A stretch of 64,000 bases of DNA, taken from assembly GCA_965248195.1 (NCBI GenBank), contig CBDFIQ010000002.1:1696001-1760000 (forward strand). Reading direction: 5' to 3'. The position numbers and the translations under genes are program-made. The stretch is from Longimicrobiales bacterium. Its GTDB lineage: Bacteria > Gemmatimonadota > Gemmatimonadetes > Longimicrobiales > Gaopeijiaceae. Positions 1 through 9,827 of this stretch are shown here, piece after piece. Within the stretch, counting starts at the first letter, position 1. Every line of letters begins with the position of its first letter. A model generated the notes under the pieces. It saw nothing but the letters and a program-made list of their open reading frames with translations. It had not been told where the DNA came from and did not search any database.

Positions 1-108
1 GATCACCTCTAGGGTCCACGCCCCACTCAGATCGGATTGAGCCGCACCATCTGCAGGTGCCGACGCGAGAATCGCAACCGCTGCCATGATTACACCGAGA
101 GCCCTCAT
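1..108 (-). CDS. 5' end of a secreted hypothetical protein (continues beyond window start)
   Basis: Manual translation from ATG at 108: MRALGVIMAAVAILASAPADGAAQSDLSGAWTLEVI..., signal-peptide-like. GGGAGGGG RBS just upstream on the minus strand. Confidence 0.7.
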   Translation of the reverse strand, partial: MRALGVIMAAVAILASAPADGAAQSDLSGAWTLEVI

Positions 109-626
109 GACCCCTCCCACCTTCGTTGATTCCATAAAATATCCTGCCTCGAGACGGTATCACCAAGAGGAGCCAGCGTAAACCGTGGACGTGTGAGACG
201 GACGCTGAGCGAGTGGCCATCACCGCTCACGGAGGGCCCGTCGAATTCGCCGGTTCCCTGGGTATTCTTTTCCCCCCTTGGGCACATTTTAGCACCCGTT
301 TCGTTCTCCTGTTATCTCACCTCATTTCGATGTAATCTATTCTAAGTCATTATGTAAATAATATATAGCACATATACTTAGGGCATATGACCCTTCCCTC
401 AGGGTCGGCACGCATCTTGTGGTAAACCTCCCCCGGATAACGCACGAGTAAGGTCGCTCTTGAAACTGGCATGAAAAAATGTCCGGAAAGATGCACCATC
501 CAGCCGTTAGATCCCTCCCCATTTCGTTAAGATGGCATCCGAGGGCCTATGGGCTCCCACAGCCACACGCCTACAGGAAATTCGCTTCCCCACCGATACT
601 GTTGTCCTATCAGGCGATGATCACCC

Positions 627-1577
627 GTGACGCGCCCAGGGATCAGAATGCCAAATAGACGGTGGACCTTCTTGTGCATGGGAGACCACGAAAACCGGAC
701 TCGCCAATACAGCATCTCGAGTGGCGCCATGCATTATCTGGCCTCTCTCGGCGCGGGCTTCCTGCTCACGGTGACTGCCTTGTCGATGATGGTCGCCTTG
801 AATGGCGCTGCGCGGTATGACGTCCTGAAGCTCCAGCGCGAAAAGTCGCTTCTCTCCGACGAAATCGAAGAGATTCAGGGGCGGGTGGCTCAGATGGAGG
901 GATCCATTGACGTCCTGATCGACAAAGACGAGAATTTCCGCCTTCTGGCCGGCCTCGACGTCATCGATGAGGAGATCTACGGAGTGGGCGTCGGCGGACC
1001 AGGCATGCTCACGCCCGAATCCAGCCCCTTGTGGATGGAGGACCCCGTCGCCGCAGCGGTGACCTTCGCCACATCGTACGATATCCTGGCCCTCGAACGG
1101 AGAGCCCAGCTCCTCTCGGAGAGCTTCTCAGAAGCCATCGACAGCCTCCAGTCTCACCACGATCAGCTTCGGGCCAGGCCGTCCATCAGCCCGACCGATG
1201 GACCCATTACCAGCAGATTCAGCTACGCCCGGATGCACCCCATCTACGACAGGGCGCTCCCCCACGAAGGGATCGACCTGCATGCGCCCGAAGGGACGCC
1301 GATCCTCGCGACGGCCAAGGGCGTGGTATCATACCGCGGTTGGAGGACCGGCTACGGCAACACGATCGAAATCGACCACGGGTTTGGGTACATGACCCGA
1401 TACGCCCACGCCTCGAAGTTCATGGCAGAGCGGGGTCAATCGGTCGAGCGCGGTGCGGCGATTGCGCAGGTCGGCGCGACCGGAACCGCCACGGCCCCAC
1501 ACGTTCACTACGAAGTTTGGGTCGGCGGAAGAGCCATGGACCCACAGAATCATATCCTCAACGGGATGATTCCCTAA
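627..1577 (+). CDS. M23 family metallopeptidase (peptidoglycan DD-endopeptidase-like); start may be ATG 648
   Basis: N-terminal TM segment and coiled coil; HEGID (HxxxD), YGNTIEIDHG, TRYAH and PHVHYEV (HxH) motifs. Confidence 0.92.
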   Translation: MTRPGIRMPNRRWTFLCMGDHENRTRQYSISSGAMHYLASLGAGFLLTVTALSMMVALNGAARYDVLKLQREKSLLSDEIEEIQGRVAQMEGSIDVLIDKDENFRLLAGLDVIDEEIYGVGVGGPGMLTPESSPLWMEDPVAAAVTFATSYDILALERRAQLLSESFSEAIDSLQSHHDQLRARPSISPTDGPITSRFSYARMHPIYDRALPHEGIDLHAPEGTPILATAKGVVSYRGWRTGYGNTIEIDHGFGYMTRYAHASKFMAERGQSVERGAAIAQVGATGTATAPHVHYEVWVGGRAMDPQNHILNGMIP

Positions 1578-1854
1578 GACGGGACTCACCCTGGGTCGCC
1601 CCCATCGGCCCACCAGGCCCGCCCTTTGGCTGACCCCACCAGACACGCGCAACCGTCCCACTTTCCGGAGACAAGCAATGTTTTTTCTGCTCCTTTTGGT
1701 TCGTCTGCTGCACCGGAAAGTGCGATCCACCGCTGGCACCCTTCTTGCTCTTATTGTGCGACCAAGGCACGACCGATGGGGCACACACAGTGTTCATCGG
1801 ACCCGACCCGACCGACTGGGTAACCACGGGTTGGTCCCTCATCCAGGAGAAAGC

Positions 1855-2256
1855 ATGAAATCGCTTACGACGATTGTGATCGGATTCGCGCTGGCAGCGC
1901 TGCTCGCCCCCCAGGGCGTTTCAGCACAGAGTAGCCTCAGCGTAGCGGAGTCCTCCGTGGCGACGATGGTCGTCGACCGGATGCCGAGCGGTGTGGCCAC
2001 GACGTTCGGGGCCGACGTGGAGAGGGTTTATGCCTGGACCCGCATCGAGGGAGCAGACGGAGAGACCACGATCCACCATGTGTGGATCCACGGCGATGTC
2101 GAAAGAGCCGACCTCGAGCTCCGCATCGGGGGATCTCCATGGAGGACTTGGAGCAACAAGGCCATCCCACCGGAATGGGCCGGCGACTGGCGCGTGGAAG
2201 TACGCGACGCCGCCGGTAACGTTCTCGAGACGATCCGGTTTGCGGTCGGGGGGTAG
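1855..2256 (+). CDS. DUF2914-like secreted protein
   Basis: GGAG RBS before ATG 1855; signal peptide; C-terminal HVW...WRTWSNK...GDWRVEVRDAAG pattern. Confidence 0.8.
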   Translation: MKSLTTIVIGFALAALLAPQGVSAQSSLSVAESSVATMVVDRMPSGVATTFGADVERVYAWTRIEGADGETTIHHVWIHGDVERADLELRIGGSPWRTWSNKAIPPEWAGDWRVEVRDAAGNVLETIRFAVGG

Positions 2257-2345
2257 GACCACCTTTGCGGTCCCCTCTCTGCCAACGTACGTGAGACACG
2301 GAGCACGCAAAGAATTAGAGTAGGGCGAAGGCAGAGAAAACGAAC

Positions 2346-2795
2346 ATGTTGGGACTGCGAGAGAGAATGGAAGAGAATGGTAGTGCCCCTGGAATCGGGG
2401 AGGCCAAGCGAAGCGCGGCAGCTCCTGCGGACCCGGAGGTAGTAGATAGGCCGCTACGCCGGCGGTTCAGTCCATCGTACAAGCTGCGGATCGTCGAAGA
2501 AGCGGACCGGTGCACCGAGCCCGGCGAGGTGGGTCAGCTCCTGCGGCGCGAGGGCCTGTACTCGTCGCACCTGACGACGTGGCGCAAGGCGGCGCATAGC
2601 GGGTCGCTGAAGGCCCTGTCGAAGAAACGCGGCCGCAAGCCGGAGCGGAATCCGCTGGATGAGAAGGTACGCAAGCTGGAGCGGCAAAACGCACGGCTCG
2701 AGAATGAGCTCAGGAAGGCACACCTGATCATCGACGTGCAGGGAAAAGTTGCGGGGCTGCTGGGGATAAGCCTCGACGACGGGACGAACTCTTGA
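2346..2795 (+). CDS. IS3-family transposase OrfA (HTH + coiled coil)
   Basis: RRRFSPSYKLRIVEEAD...LLRREGLYSSHLTTWR HTH; leucine-zipper-like tail; TGA stop overlaps the TTG start of orfB. Confidence 0.88.
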   Translation: MLGLRERMEENGSAPGIGEAKRSAAAPADPEVVDRPLRRRFSPSYKLRIVEEADRCTEPGEVGQLLRREGLYSSHLTTWRKAAHSGSLKALSKKRGRKPERNPLDEKVRKLERQNARLENELRKAHLIIDVQGKVAGLLGISLDDGTNS

Positions 2796-3799
2796 AGGCG
2801 GCCGATGAGCTGGCTAAGCACGTCGGTGTAAAACCGGCGTGCGCGGCTCTCGAGGTCTCCCGATCGACGTTCTACCGTCGTCGAGGCCCATCGACCGGGC
2901 AACGGCAGCCCCGCCCGACGCCCGCCCGGGCATTGAGCGAGACGGAACGAGGCGAGGTCTTCGACACGCTGTGTTCGGAGCGGTTCGTGGACCGCTCACC
3001 CGCCGAGGTGGTGGCCACGCTGCTCGACGAAGAGGTCTACCTGTGCAGCGAACGCACGATGTATCGTGTTCTGGCCTCCGAGGTGCCGGTTCAGGAACGC
3101 CGGGCGCAGCGCACCCATCCCGAGTACAAGAAGCCCGAGTTGATGGCCACGGCGCCGAACCAGGTGTGGTCCTGGGATATCACGCGGCTACTCGGGCCGA
3201 AGAAGTGGAGCTATTACTACCTCTACGTCATCATGGACATCTACAGCCGCTACGTCGTGGGCTGGATGGTGGCGGACCGGGAGAACTCGGCCCTGGCCGG
3301 CCGGTTGATCCAGCAGAGCTGCCTGAAGCATGGCGTCCAGCCCCGGGTCCTGACCCTGCACTCGGATCGGGGAGCTCCAATGACGAGCCAATGCACCGCT
3401 CAACTTCTCGCTGACCTCGGCGTGACTCGCTCGTTGAGCCGGCCTCAGGTGTCGGATGACAACCCGTTTTCCGAGGCTCAGTTCAAAACCTTGAAGTACC
3501 ATCCCTCGTTTCCCGGGCGGTTCGGGGATCAGGGCCAGGCCAAGACGTTGTGTCGATCGTTCTTCCGCTGGTACAATGCCGAGCACCGCCATGGCGGTAT
3601 CTCGATGCTAACCCCCGAGCAGGTCCACTTCGGGAACGCCGATCAGGTCATTGCCGGCAGGAAATCCGTGCTCCGCGAAGCATGGGCCGCTCATCCCGAA
3701 CGCTTCGTCACAGGTGTGCCGAAGCCCAAACCGCTCCCGGAGGCCGTCTACATCAATCCTCCCATCCCTTCCCTCACCACACAGGATATTGCTCTCTAA
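2792..3799 (+). CDS. IS3-family transposase OrfB (DDE core)
   Basis: PNQVWSWDIT, LHSDRG and DNPFSEAQFKTLK give the DDE triad. Confidence 0.93.
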   Translation: MKAADELAKHVGVKPACAALEVSRSTFYRRRGPSTGQRQPRPTPARALSETERGEVFDTLCSERFVDRSPAEVVATLLDEEVYLCSERTMYRVLASEVPVQERRAQRTHPEYKKPELMATAPNQVWSWDITRLLGPKKWSYYYLYVIMDIYSRYVVGWMVADRENSALAGRLIQQSCLKHGVQPRVLTLHSDRGAPMTSQCTAQLLADLGVTRSLSRPQVSDDNPFSEAQFKTLKYHPSFPGRFGDQGQAKTLCRSFFRWYNAEHRHGGISMLTPEQVHFGNADQVIAGRKSVLREAWAAHPERFVTGVPKPKPLPEAVYINPPIPSLTTQDIAL

Positions 3800-3875
3800 T
3801 TAATCCCGTAGAGTGTCCCATTGTCGTTGACAGGTTCCGGTCAGGGGTAGGACCACAGAGGGGCGGAACCCGGCT

Positions 3876-4880
3876 TCAATCTCGACGGCCTTCCTCTTCC
3901 CTCTCCCCCCTGATCCTCCCGATGGCCTGAACGTGCTCCGTGTACGTGGCCGAGAATCGATGACGCCCGTCCGGCTGCGCCACGAAGTAGAGAAAATCGG
4001 TGGAGTCCGGATAGAGCGCTGCCGCGATACTCGCGCTCGACGGGTTACCAATCGGTGACGGGGGCAGCCCACCGATGCGATACGTATTAAACGGGGATTC
4101 CGTCGAATAATCGCGGTTGAGCAGACGGCGGCGGCGGCCCAAGGCGAAGACGACCGTAGGATCCGCCTGTAACCGCATTCGGCGGTTCAGGCGGTTGTGG
4201 TATACGGACGATATCCCCGCTAAATCCTCCGGGGCCGGCCCCTCTCCCTCGATGATCGACGCGAGCGTCACGACCTCGTCCCGGGTCAGACCCAGGAATT
4301 CCGATCGTTCGTCCCACTCCGGATTCCAGTGCGCCTCGAACGTATCGGCGACCTGGCCGAGGATCTCATCCGCGCTCGCACCCTCCCGAAAGTGGTAAAC
4401 CGAGGGATAAAAGTACCCCTCCGCATTCCCGCCCCGTGCGCCCAATCGGGACAGAAGGGCCCGAGAGCCCGCCGCCGCCATGAAGGCCTCCCGGTCGATT
4501 CCCAGATCCCGCTCGATGCGGGCGGCCGCCTCAGTGAGCCAAATGCCCTTGGGAAGCACCACCCGTTTGACAGGTTCGACGCCCCTCCGCAAGCGGACCA
4601 GGACCTCTCCGATCGGGCTGTCAGGCTGCAAGTCGTAAAGCCCGGGTTTGATATCCAGATGAGCCTGGCCCATTCGGGCTAACCTCTGAAATGCCCGTGG
4701 GGACTTGATGATGCGATGTGCCACGAGAGAGTCCGTGATCGCCTCGAGGGGCGCGTCGGGCGGGATGGTCACCCAAATCGTGTCCTTCGCGGCGGGTGGC
4801 TGGCACGCCCATGCCACGAGTAGACAGACGCACAGGACGGCTCGCTGGGGAGAGCGGCGAGATTGTGCTCGAGCGATCAA
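3876..4880 (-). CDS. mltG: Endolytic transglycosylase MltG (YceG family)
   Basis: EGYFYPSVY, TLASIIEGE, VYHNRL..M.LQADPTV, SPFNTY..GLPPSPIGNP, LYFVA..DG.H.FS motifs. Confidence 0.95.
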   Translation of the reverse strand: MIARAQSRRSPQRAVLCVCLLVAWACQPPAAKDTIWVTIPPDAPLEAITDSLVAHRIIKSPRAFQRLARMGQAHLDIKPGLYDLQPDSPIGEVLVRLRRGVEPVKRVVLPKGIWLTEAAARIERDLGIDREAFMAAAGSRALLSRLGARGGNAEGYFYPSVYHFREGASADEILGQVADTFEAHWNPEWDERSEFLGLTRDEVVTLASIIEGEGPAPEDLAGISSVYHNRLNRRMRLQADPTVVFALGRRRRLLNRDYSTESPFNTYRIGGLPPSPIGNPSSASIAAALYPDSTDFLYFVAQPDGRHRFSATYTEHVQAIGRIRGEREEEGRRD

Positions 4881-5012
4881 CAGAAACGCTTTACGACTTT
4901 CATTGAGTATCTCCAGCGGGTGTGCCTAGCTTTGTATAGGACCTTTCTCAGAATCGGACCTTTTGGAGGCGGGCGAATCTGGTCCTCCCGCAACCCAAAC
5001 AAGGGAAACATC

Positions 5013-6305
5013 ATGTTCGATGCACTGATTTCCTATTTACCATCAGAGTGGCACCGTTCGGTAGAGTTTTTTGGAGCGCCGCTGTGGTGGATCCCGGAAT
5101 GGCAGCTCACCGCCCTCAATTTCGCTTGGTACGCGGACACGGGTCTCGGCGTCCTCCTGAGGAGGTTCTTCCTTCTCATGCCGATTCTGCTGGTGGTCGT
5201 AGCGGTGTGGGTGACCATGCTTTCGGTCTACACGCTCCCGTTCCGGTCACAAAGAGGTAGGTTCCTCACGATCATTGCTCTGGGCTGGTGGGATGTGGGG
5301 CGCGGCATCTGGTTCTTTTGGACCGGTGTCATGCGCTTCGCGGGGCTCCTGGTCGGATGGGCGTGGAGCACGCTCGCTTTGTTCGTCCGGATGCTGTGGG
5401 TGGGCTTGAAGAGCTTCGTCACCTCGCCCCTCGTCATGTTCGACTCGATATCGAGCCGGTACTTGAAACCGGGTGTGCCCTGGATCGCAGTGATGCTGAC
5501 GCTCGTTTGGTCGGCGCTCGAGGCCACGATCTTCAGCTTCACCTTGATGCCCACTCTTACCGAGGTGCTGGCGGACATCACCGGCTTCGTCCCGAACCGG
5601 CTGTTCATGATGCCCATTGTTTGGTTCTTCCTCTTCTTCCTCATCGCGGGAAGCTTCGCGAGCATCCAGGTGCTGACCGAAGCGCTTCGGGCGCGTAGGA
5701 TCGGAGAGGTGATCCAGATGGTCCTGGTCGAGTTCTTCGTGGCCTTCTTCGAGGTCGTGTTCTTGTATCGGGAGCTCATCGACGCGATTACGCCGTGGAT
5801 CAACCAGCAGAGCGGCGGTCAGATCCAGATGGGCCTGGTCTCTACACTGGCGCTCGGGGTCTTCGGATGGATCGGGATTCGAGGCATGACGTGGTTCCTC
5901 TTTGGGCGCTTCGGCACCCCCTCGATACTCGCGATCGTCTCCCGTCAGGTTCCGGCCGGGCAGGGAGCTCCGCTCGCAGTAGCCTCCTCGACCTCCGCCA
6001 AGATGTGGAGGGCACCGCTGGAGGCCATGAAGGCCGAAACAGCGTGGTTCAAGAAGGAGGGGCGCCGTGGTGTGGAGCTCGCGTCGCTGCCGGTTCTCCA
6101 GCTCTTGGCCATGGCGGTGAACTTCCCGGTAGTGGTGATCAGTGCCCAGCCTGTATTCACGTTCCCGCTCAAGAGTCTCAGTGAGGTGCTCGCCGACACG
6201 CCGATCCCCGGAGGCCCAGGGAGCGAGAACGGCGGACGGCGGTCCGGCCGTTCGTCGAAAAAGCGGCCCACCAGCGACCGAGTCATGGAAGAGGTGACGA
6301 CATGA
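5013..6305 (+). CDS. Uncharacterised polytopic integral membrane protein (~430 aa)
   Basis: AAGGGA RBS before ATG 5013; many hydrophobic, Trp-rich segments; ATGA overlap with the next gene. Confidence 0.85.
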   Translation: MFDALISYLPSEWHRSVEFFGAPLWWIPEWQLTALNFAWYADTGLGVLLRRFFLLMPILLVVVAVWVTMLSVYTLPFRSQRGRFLTIIALGWWDVGRGIWFFWTGVMRFAGLLVGWAWSTLALFVRMLWVGLKSFVTSPLVMFDSISSRYLKPGVPWIAVMLTLVWSALEATIFSFTLMPTLTEVLADITGFVPNRLFMMPIVWFFLFFLIAGSFASIQVLTEALRARRIGEVIQMVLVEFFVAFFEVVFLYRELIDAITPWINQQSGGQIQMGLVSTLALGVFGWIGIRGMTWFLFGRFGTPSILAIVSRQVPAGQGAPLAVASSTSAKMWRAPLEAMKAETAWFKKEGRRGVELASLPVLQLLAMAVNFPVVVISAQPVFTFPLKSLSEVLADTPIPGGPGSENGGRRSGRSSKKRPTSDRVMEEVTT

Positions 6306-7063
6306 ATCCGGCTTTACGGTTGGCGGTGGGGGCCACGGTCGCGTTGGCAGCGGCAGCGTGCGTGCCCACCGACGAATCAGCCCAGAATCCTCGATTCACG
6401 CTGGTGGTCGGGATCGATGTGAGCGGCTCCTTCCAGAACTCGGGGAGCTACGACAACGCCTTGAAGTTTGCTGCTCTTTACCTCGAGGCCCATCTGAACG
6501 GATTCGGCGGGCTCAACGTACCGACCGCTGTCTTCGTGGGTTCCGTGGGTGGGAGCCGCCGGGGTGAAGCCAAGACGTTTCACCCCATTCACGACTTTCT
6601 CGGCAAGGACGCAGACCAGATCGAAGCCGACCTGAGAGAGTGGTTCCCCTCCGAGGATCGGCTCACGGATTTCAACACGTTTTTCGCGCAGTCTGCGGAC
6701 CTCATCAAGCAGAGGGGACTCGTGTTGGCTCCTCTGAACATGGTCCTCTTCACGGATGGGGTCCCCGACGTTTCCCGGGATGCCGCGCCCGTGGATCCAT
6801 ACTCGACCATCGATGTGAGTCCCTTGGAATACCTGTCCCGGAGCGTGACCGTGCGCATCCTTTATCCGACTCCGCCGGTAGCCGCGAGTTGGAGAAGCAG
6901 CGTGAGTCGGAGACGAGTACGGCTCTGGACTCAGGACGCGGAGGTGATGAGCGGTTGGAGTGCGCAGGTTCGTCCTGAACTTTCCATGGAGGACCAAGAC
7001 CTTCTGTGGACTTGGGTGACCGACAACGTCGACTTCCGCGTGCGGAGGGAACGGATTCTCTGA
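6302..7063 (+). CDS. Lipoprotein with VWA-like domain
   Basis: Lipobox AAAC; MIDAS-like VVGIDVSGS (DxSxS), LTDF and LFTDG. Confidence 0.8.
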   Translation: MNPALRLAVGATVALAAAACVPTDESAQNPRFTLVVGIDVSGSFQNSGSYDNALKFAALYLEAHLNGFGGLNVPTAVFVGSVGGSRRGEAKTFHPIHDFLGKDADQIEADLREWFPSEDRLTDFNTFFAQSADLIKQRGLVLAPLNMVLFTDGVPDVSRDAAPVDPYSTIDVSPLEYLSRSVTVRILYPTPPVAASWRSSVSRRRVRLWTQDAEVMSGWSAQVRPELSMEDQDLLWTWVTDNVDFRVRRERIL

Positions 7064-7072
7064 CGCGGGTCA

Positions 7073-7113
7073 TCCCGAGGACCGCTCCGAGCGCGGTCCT
7101 CGGGGTTTTTTTT
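7073..7113 (+). terminator. Rho-independent terminator
   Basis: CCGAGGACCGC / GCGGTCCTCGG stem followed by a T8 run. Confidence 0.85.
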
Positions 7114-7194
7114 GCCAAGCGGGTGAGAACGGTGATCCCGTGTTGGCATCGAGATCTTCCTTATCACGGCCGCCGGGTAGAGGGGGGAGCGCTT

Positions 7195-9479
7195 TCAGGC
7201 GGGACCCGGTAGTCCAGGGAGGCTCGGCAGGCGCGGCGTGAGCTCCCGCAGCCGCGTCTCGAGGGACATCTTCAAGCGGTCCAGCTCGGCCCTGTCCTCG
7301 CCCAGCGCCCCAGCGATCCCCTCCTCGAATCCGGTCACCTGGCTTCGGGCTTCGGTCAGCGCCTGCTCGATGAATCGATCCACCTGGGCCCTTGCCCGTG
7401 TCTCGGCCCGGCGAACCTCGTCCCCGATCTGATCCCTCAGGGCCTGGACGATTTGCCCGCCGATGTTGGATCGGACCGAGATTCCTGGCGAAGAGAGCGT
7501 CCCGTCCAGCCCGAGCGTGATCTCGATCGAGGTCAAACTCGACACGAGGTCCCAAAGGTAGCCAGCAGCGCCTATCGCGTCCGGACCCGTGCGCAGCCAA
7601 AGCGCACCCGTGGCGGACCACGTGACCGCGCCGACGATCGAGTCTCCCGACCTCGAGAGGTCGACGCGGGTGCCTCCGTCTCCAAGATCGAGACTGGCGC
7701 CCAAGGCGGCGATCTCCAGTGACGGCAGAGGCAGCCCTGAAAACCGTGCTACCAGTCGGTCCACGGGAACGTCTCCGGTCCGGTCCAGACTCAAATCGAG
7801 CTCCGCACGCGCCGTGCCGCTCTCTCCGGTGACTTGCACGGTGGTCGGCCTACCAGTCGTACCGGGATCGGAGCTCAGGTCGAGGACCCGAATCACGAAG
7901 CCGGTCAGCGCGCCAATCGTCACCGAGCCCTCCAGCTTGTTCATGGCGAAGGCGGGTAGGGAAGAGCCCACGGATGGAAACGTCACGTCCTCCCCCGCTC
8001 CGCGGAGCCGGTCGGGCCCCTCGAAGCGGAAGGACCGGCCACCGTCGGGGAGATTGGTATCGATGACTCCGGCCCAGTACAGGAGGGCCTCCACTCGCTC
8101 CATCAACGGAGCTTGGAGTAGCGCGGCACTGATGTCGTCGGGATCGAAGGAGGGGAGGTTGAGCACACCCAGAGCTCTTCTGTAGTCGCCGTCCCGAAGA
8201 TCGTTCAGCGCCACCAGTCCCTGCCGCAGGCCCGTCACCTCGGCTCCCAAATCCTCCTCCAGCTCCCCGACGCGCGTGACAATGTCCGTGACCCCCGCAG
8301 CCATCGAGCGGAGAGCGCCGACCGTGCGCACGGCCCCCGCCGGCCCCAGGCTCCTGATGGACGTGCCCTCCAGCGAGGCGAGCAACGCCGACGCCGATTG
8401 GATCTGCGCCCCCAGGTCCAGGGCCTCCACTCGGTCCGTAAAGGCCCCGCGAGCAGCGTCCACGGACGCAGCAAGCTCTCGAGCCCGGAGCACCGTCTGC
8501 AATGAATCAGGGCTGAGGCTGCTGAAGTCGACCAGAGTCGAAAGGTTCGGTACGGGGAGGGTCGGGATTCGGGCGGATGCCCGCCAGCGCGCCATCTCAT
8601 CCCGAAAGAGGGTGCTCCGCTCGCGAAGCGTATCGACCTCCCCGGGGGTCTCACGCCGACTGTTGAACCGGATATCGTGCACCACGACACTGTCGATCGC
8701 GACTTTGGCCCTCAGGGCCCCGTAGACATCGCTGCGCCGATTTCCCCAATCTCGACGACGTTGTTTTCTGGAGCCGAAGGATTCGTGACCTGAAGGCCGG
8801 TCATCGCGAGTACGCCGTCGGAGAGGTCCACATCCATCGTGCCCACATCGACCGTGGCCCCCAGGATCCGGGTTCCTGCCCGCTCAACGGCTGCCTGTAT
8901 CCCCCGGTCGGCGAACAACCACCAGGCGCCCACCCCCAAGCCCACGAACAACACCAACGGAAGGACGAATCCTTTACGGATCCACCCGCGCCGGCCGGCC
9001 TCCAGCCCGAGCAGGCGGCGCACGGCGACGACGCGCCCGATGGCGCCGACCATAGGTATGGCGGACAGGAGGCGGTCCAGACCACCACGATAGGTGGCGA
9101 CACCCCTCCGGCTCAGAAAGAAGAGCGGAATGGCCGCCACCGCCCAAAACACCAAGCTCCCCAACGTCACCGTGTTGTTGAACTGCGTGAGGGGCACCAG
9201 CGGTGCGTTGGCTGCCCGGGTCCAAAGCGGCGTCAGAAACTCGGAGGAGAGCAGGGCGGACCCGAGGCGGTGGAACAACGGATCGAGCAGAAAGCCGAAG
9301 GGAATAGCTCCGATCCAGGCGATCAAGAACGTGCTGATTGAAAGACGCAGCACGATCGGGGCAGCGAGGAACACGAGGTTGTGCAGACTGAGAAGCGGCG
9401 TCAAGCCAAGCGCCGCACCCAGCGCGAAAGCAACCGCCATCTGGTCTACCGAATAGTCCCTGGGTTCCGTTGCCGTCAT
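7195..9479 (-). pseudogene. TIGR03546 (DUF2062-like) / TIGR03545-like fusion, split by a frameshift near 8715-8725
   Basis: ORF 8712-9479 has TIGR03546-like LGLTPLLSLHN...LLDPL...PLTQFNNTVTLGS, then a TM anchor and GLQVTNP. Reading continues in another frame (ALRAKVAIDSVVVHDIRF) into ORF 7195-8685. Confidence 0.72.
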
Positions 9480-9827
9480 CGCGAATTCTCGCCTCGGTGG
9501 GGTGTCGAGATCATACCCACAGTATGGGTTCCGCGTTCAAGGAGTGCCCGGGGCCCCTCGCCATCGAGGACCCATTTTCTTCCTCCGACCGAAAAGAGCG
9601 CCCCCCTCGAGCCAGAGATCGGTCGAGGTTGGAGCTCCCGATCATGGTGAAATAAGTTCTTGCCCCCCCTCCAGCTGAGGTCTAGTATTCTTGCAGCAAA
9701 ATAGGGAGGAGTGGGGAGCACCAAGCACCAGTTCTTCTCGAGTTCTTACCTGGGCTCGGGTCTTAACGCTGGGTCCCCGAATCCCTCCTCGACGCCTTTC
9801 TTATTCCCCTTCGTCCAGGAGGTCTGT

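Larger units (their letters stand above)
2280..3832 (+). mobile_element. IS3-family insertion sequence (ends approximate)
   Basis: Imperfect terminal IRs: TGCCAACGTACGTGAGACAC (2280-2299) versus the reverse complement of 3813-3832, TGTCAACGACAATGGGACAC (14/20). Contains orfA and orfB. Confidence 0.88.

Noticed and set aside
290..400. AT-rich patch between divergent genes
   Set aside because: Probably a promoter region, but no specific site could be supported.
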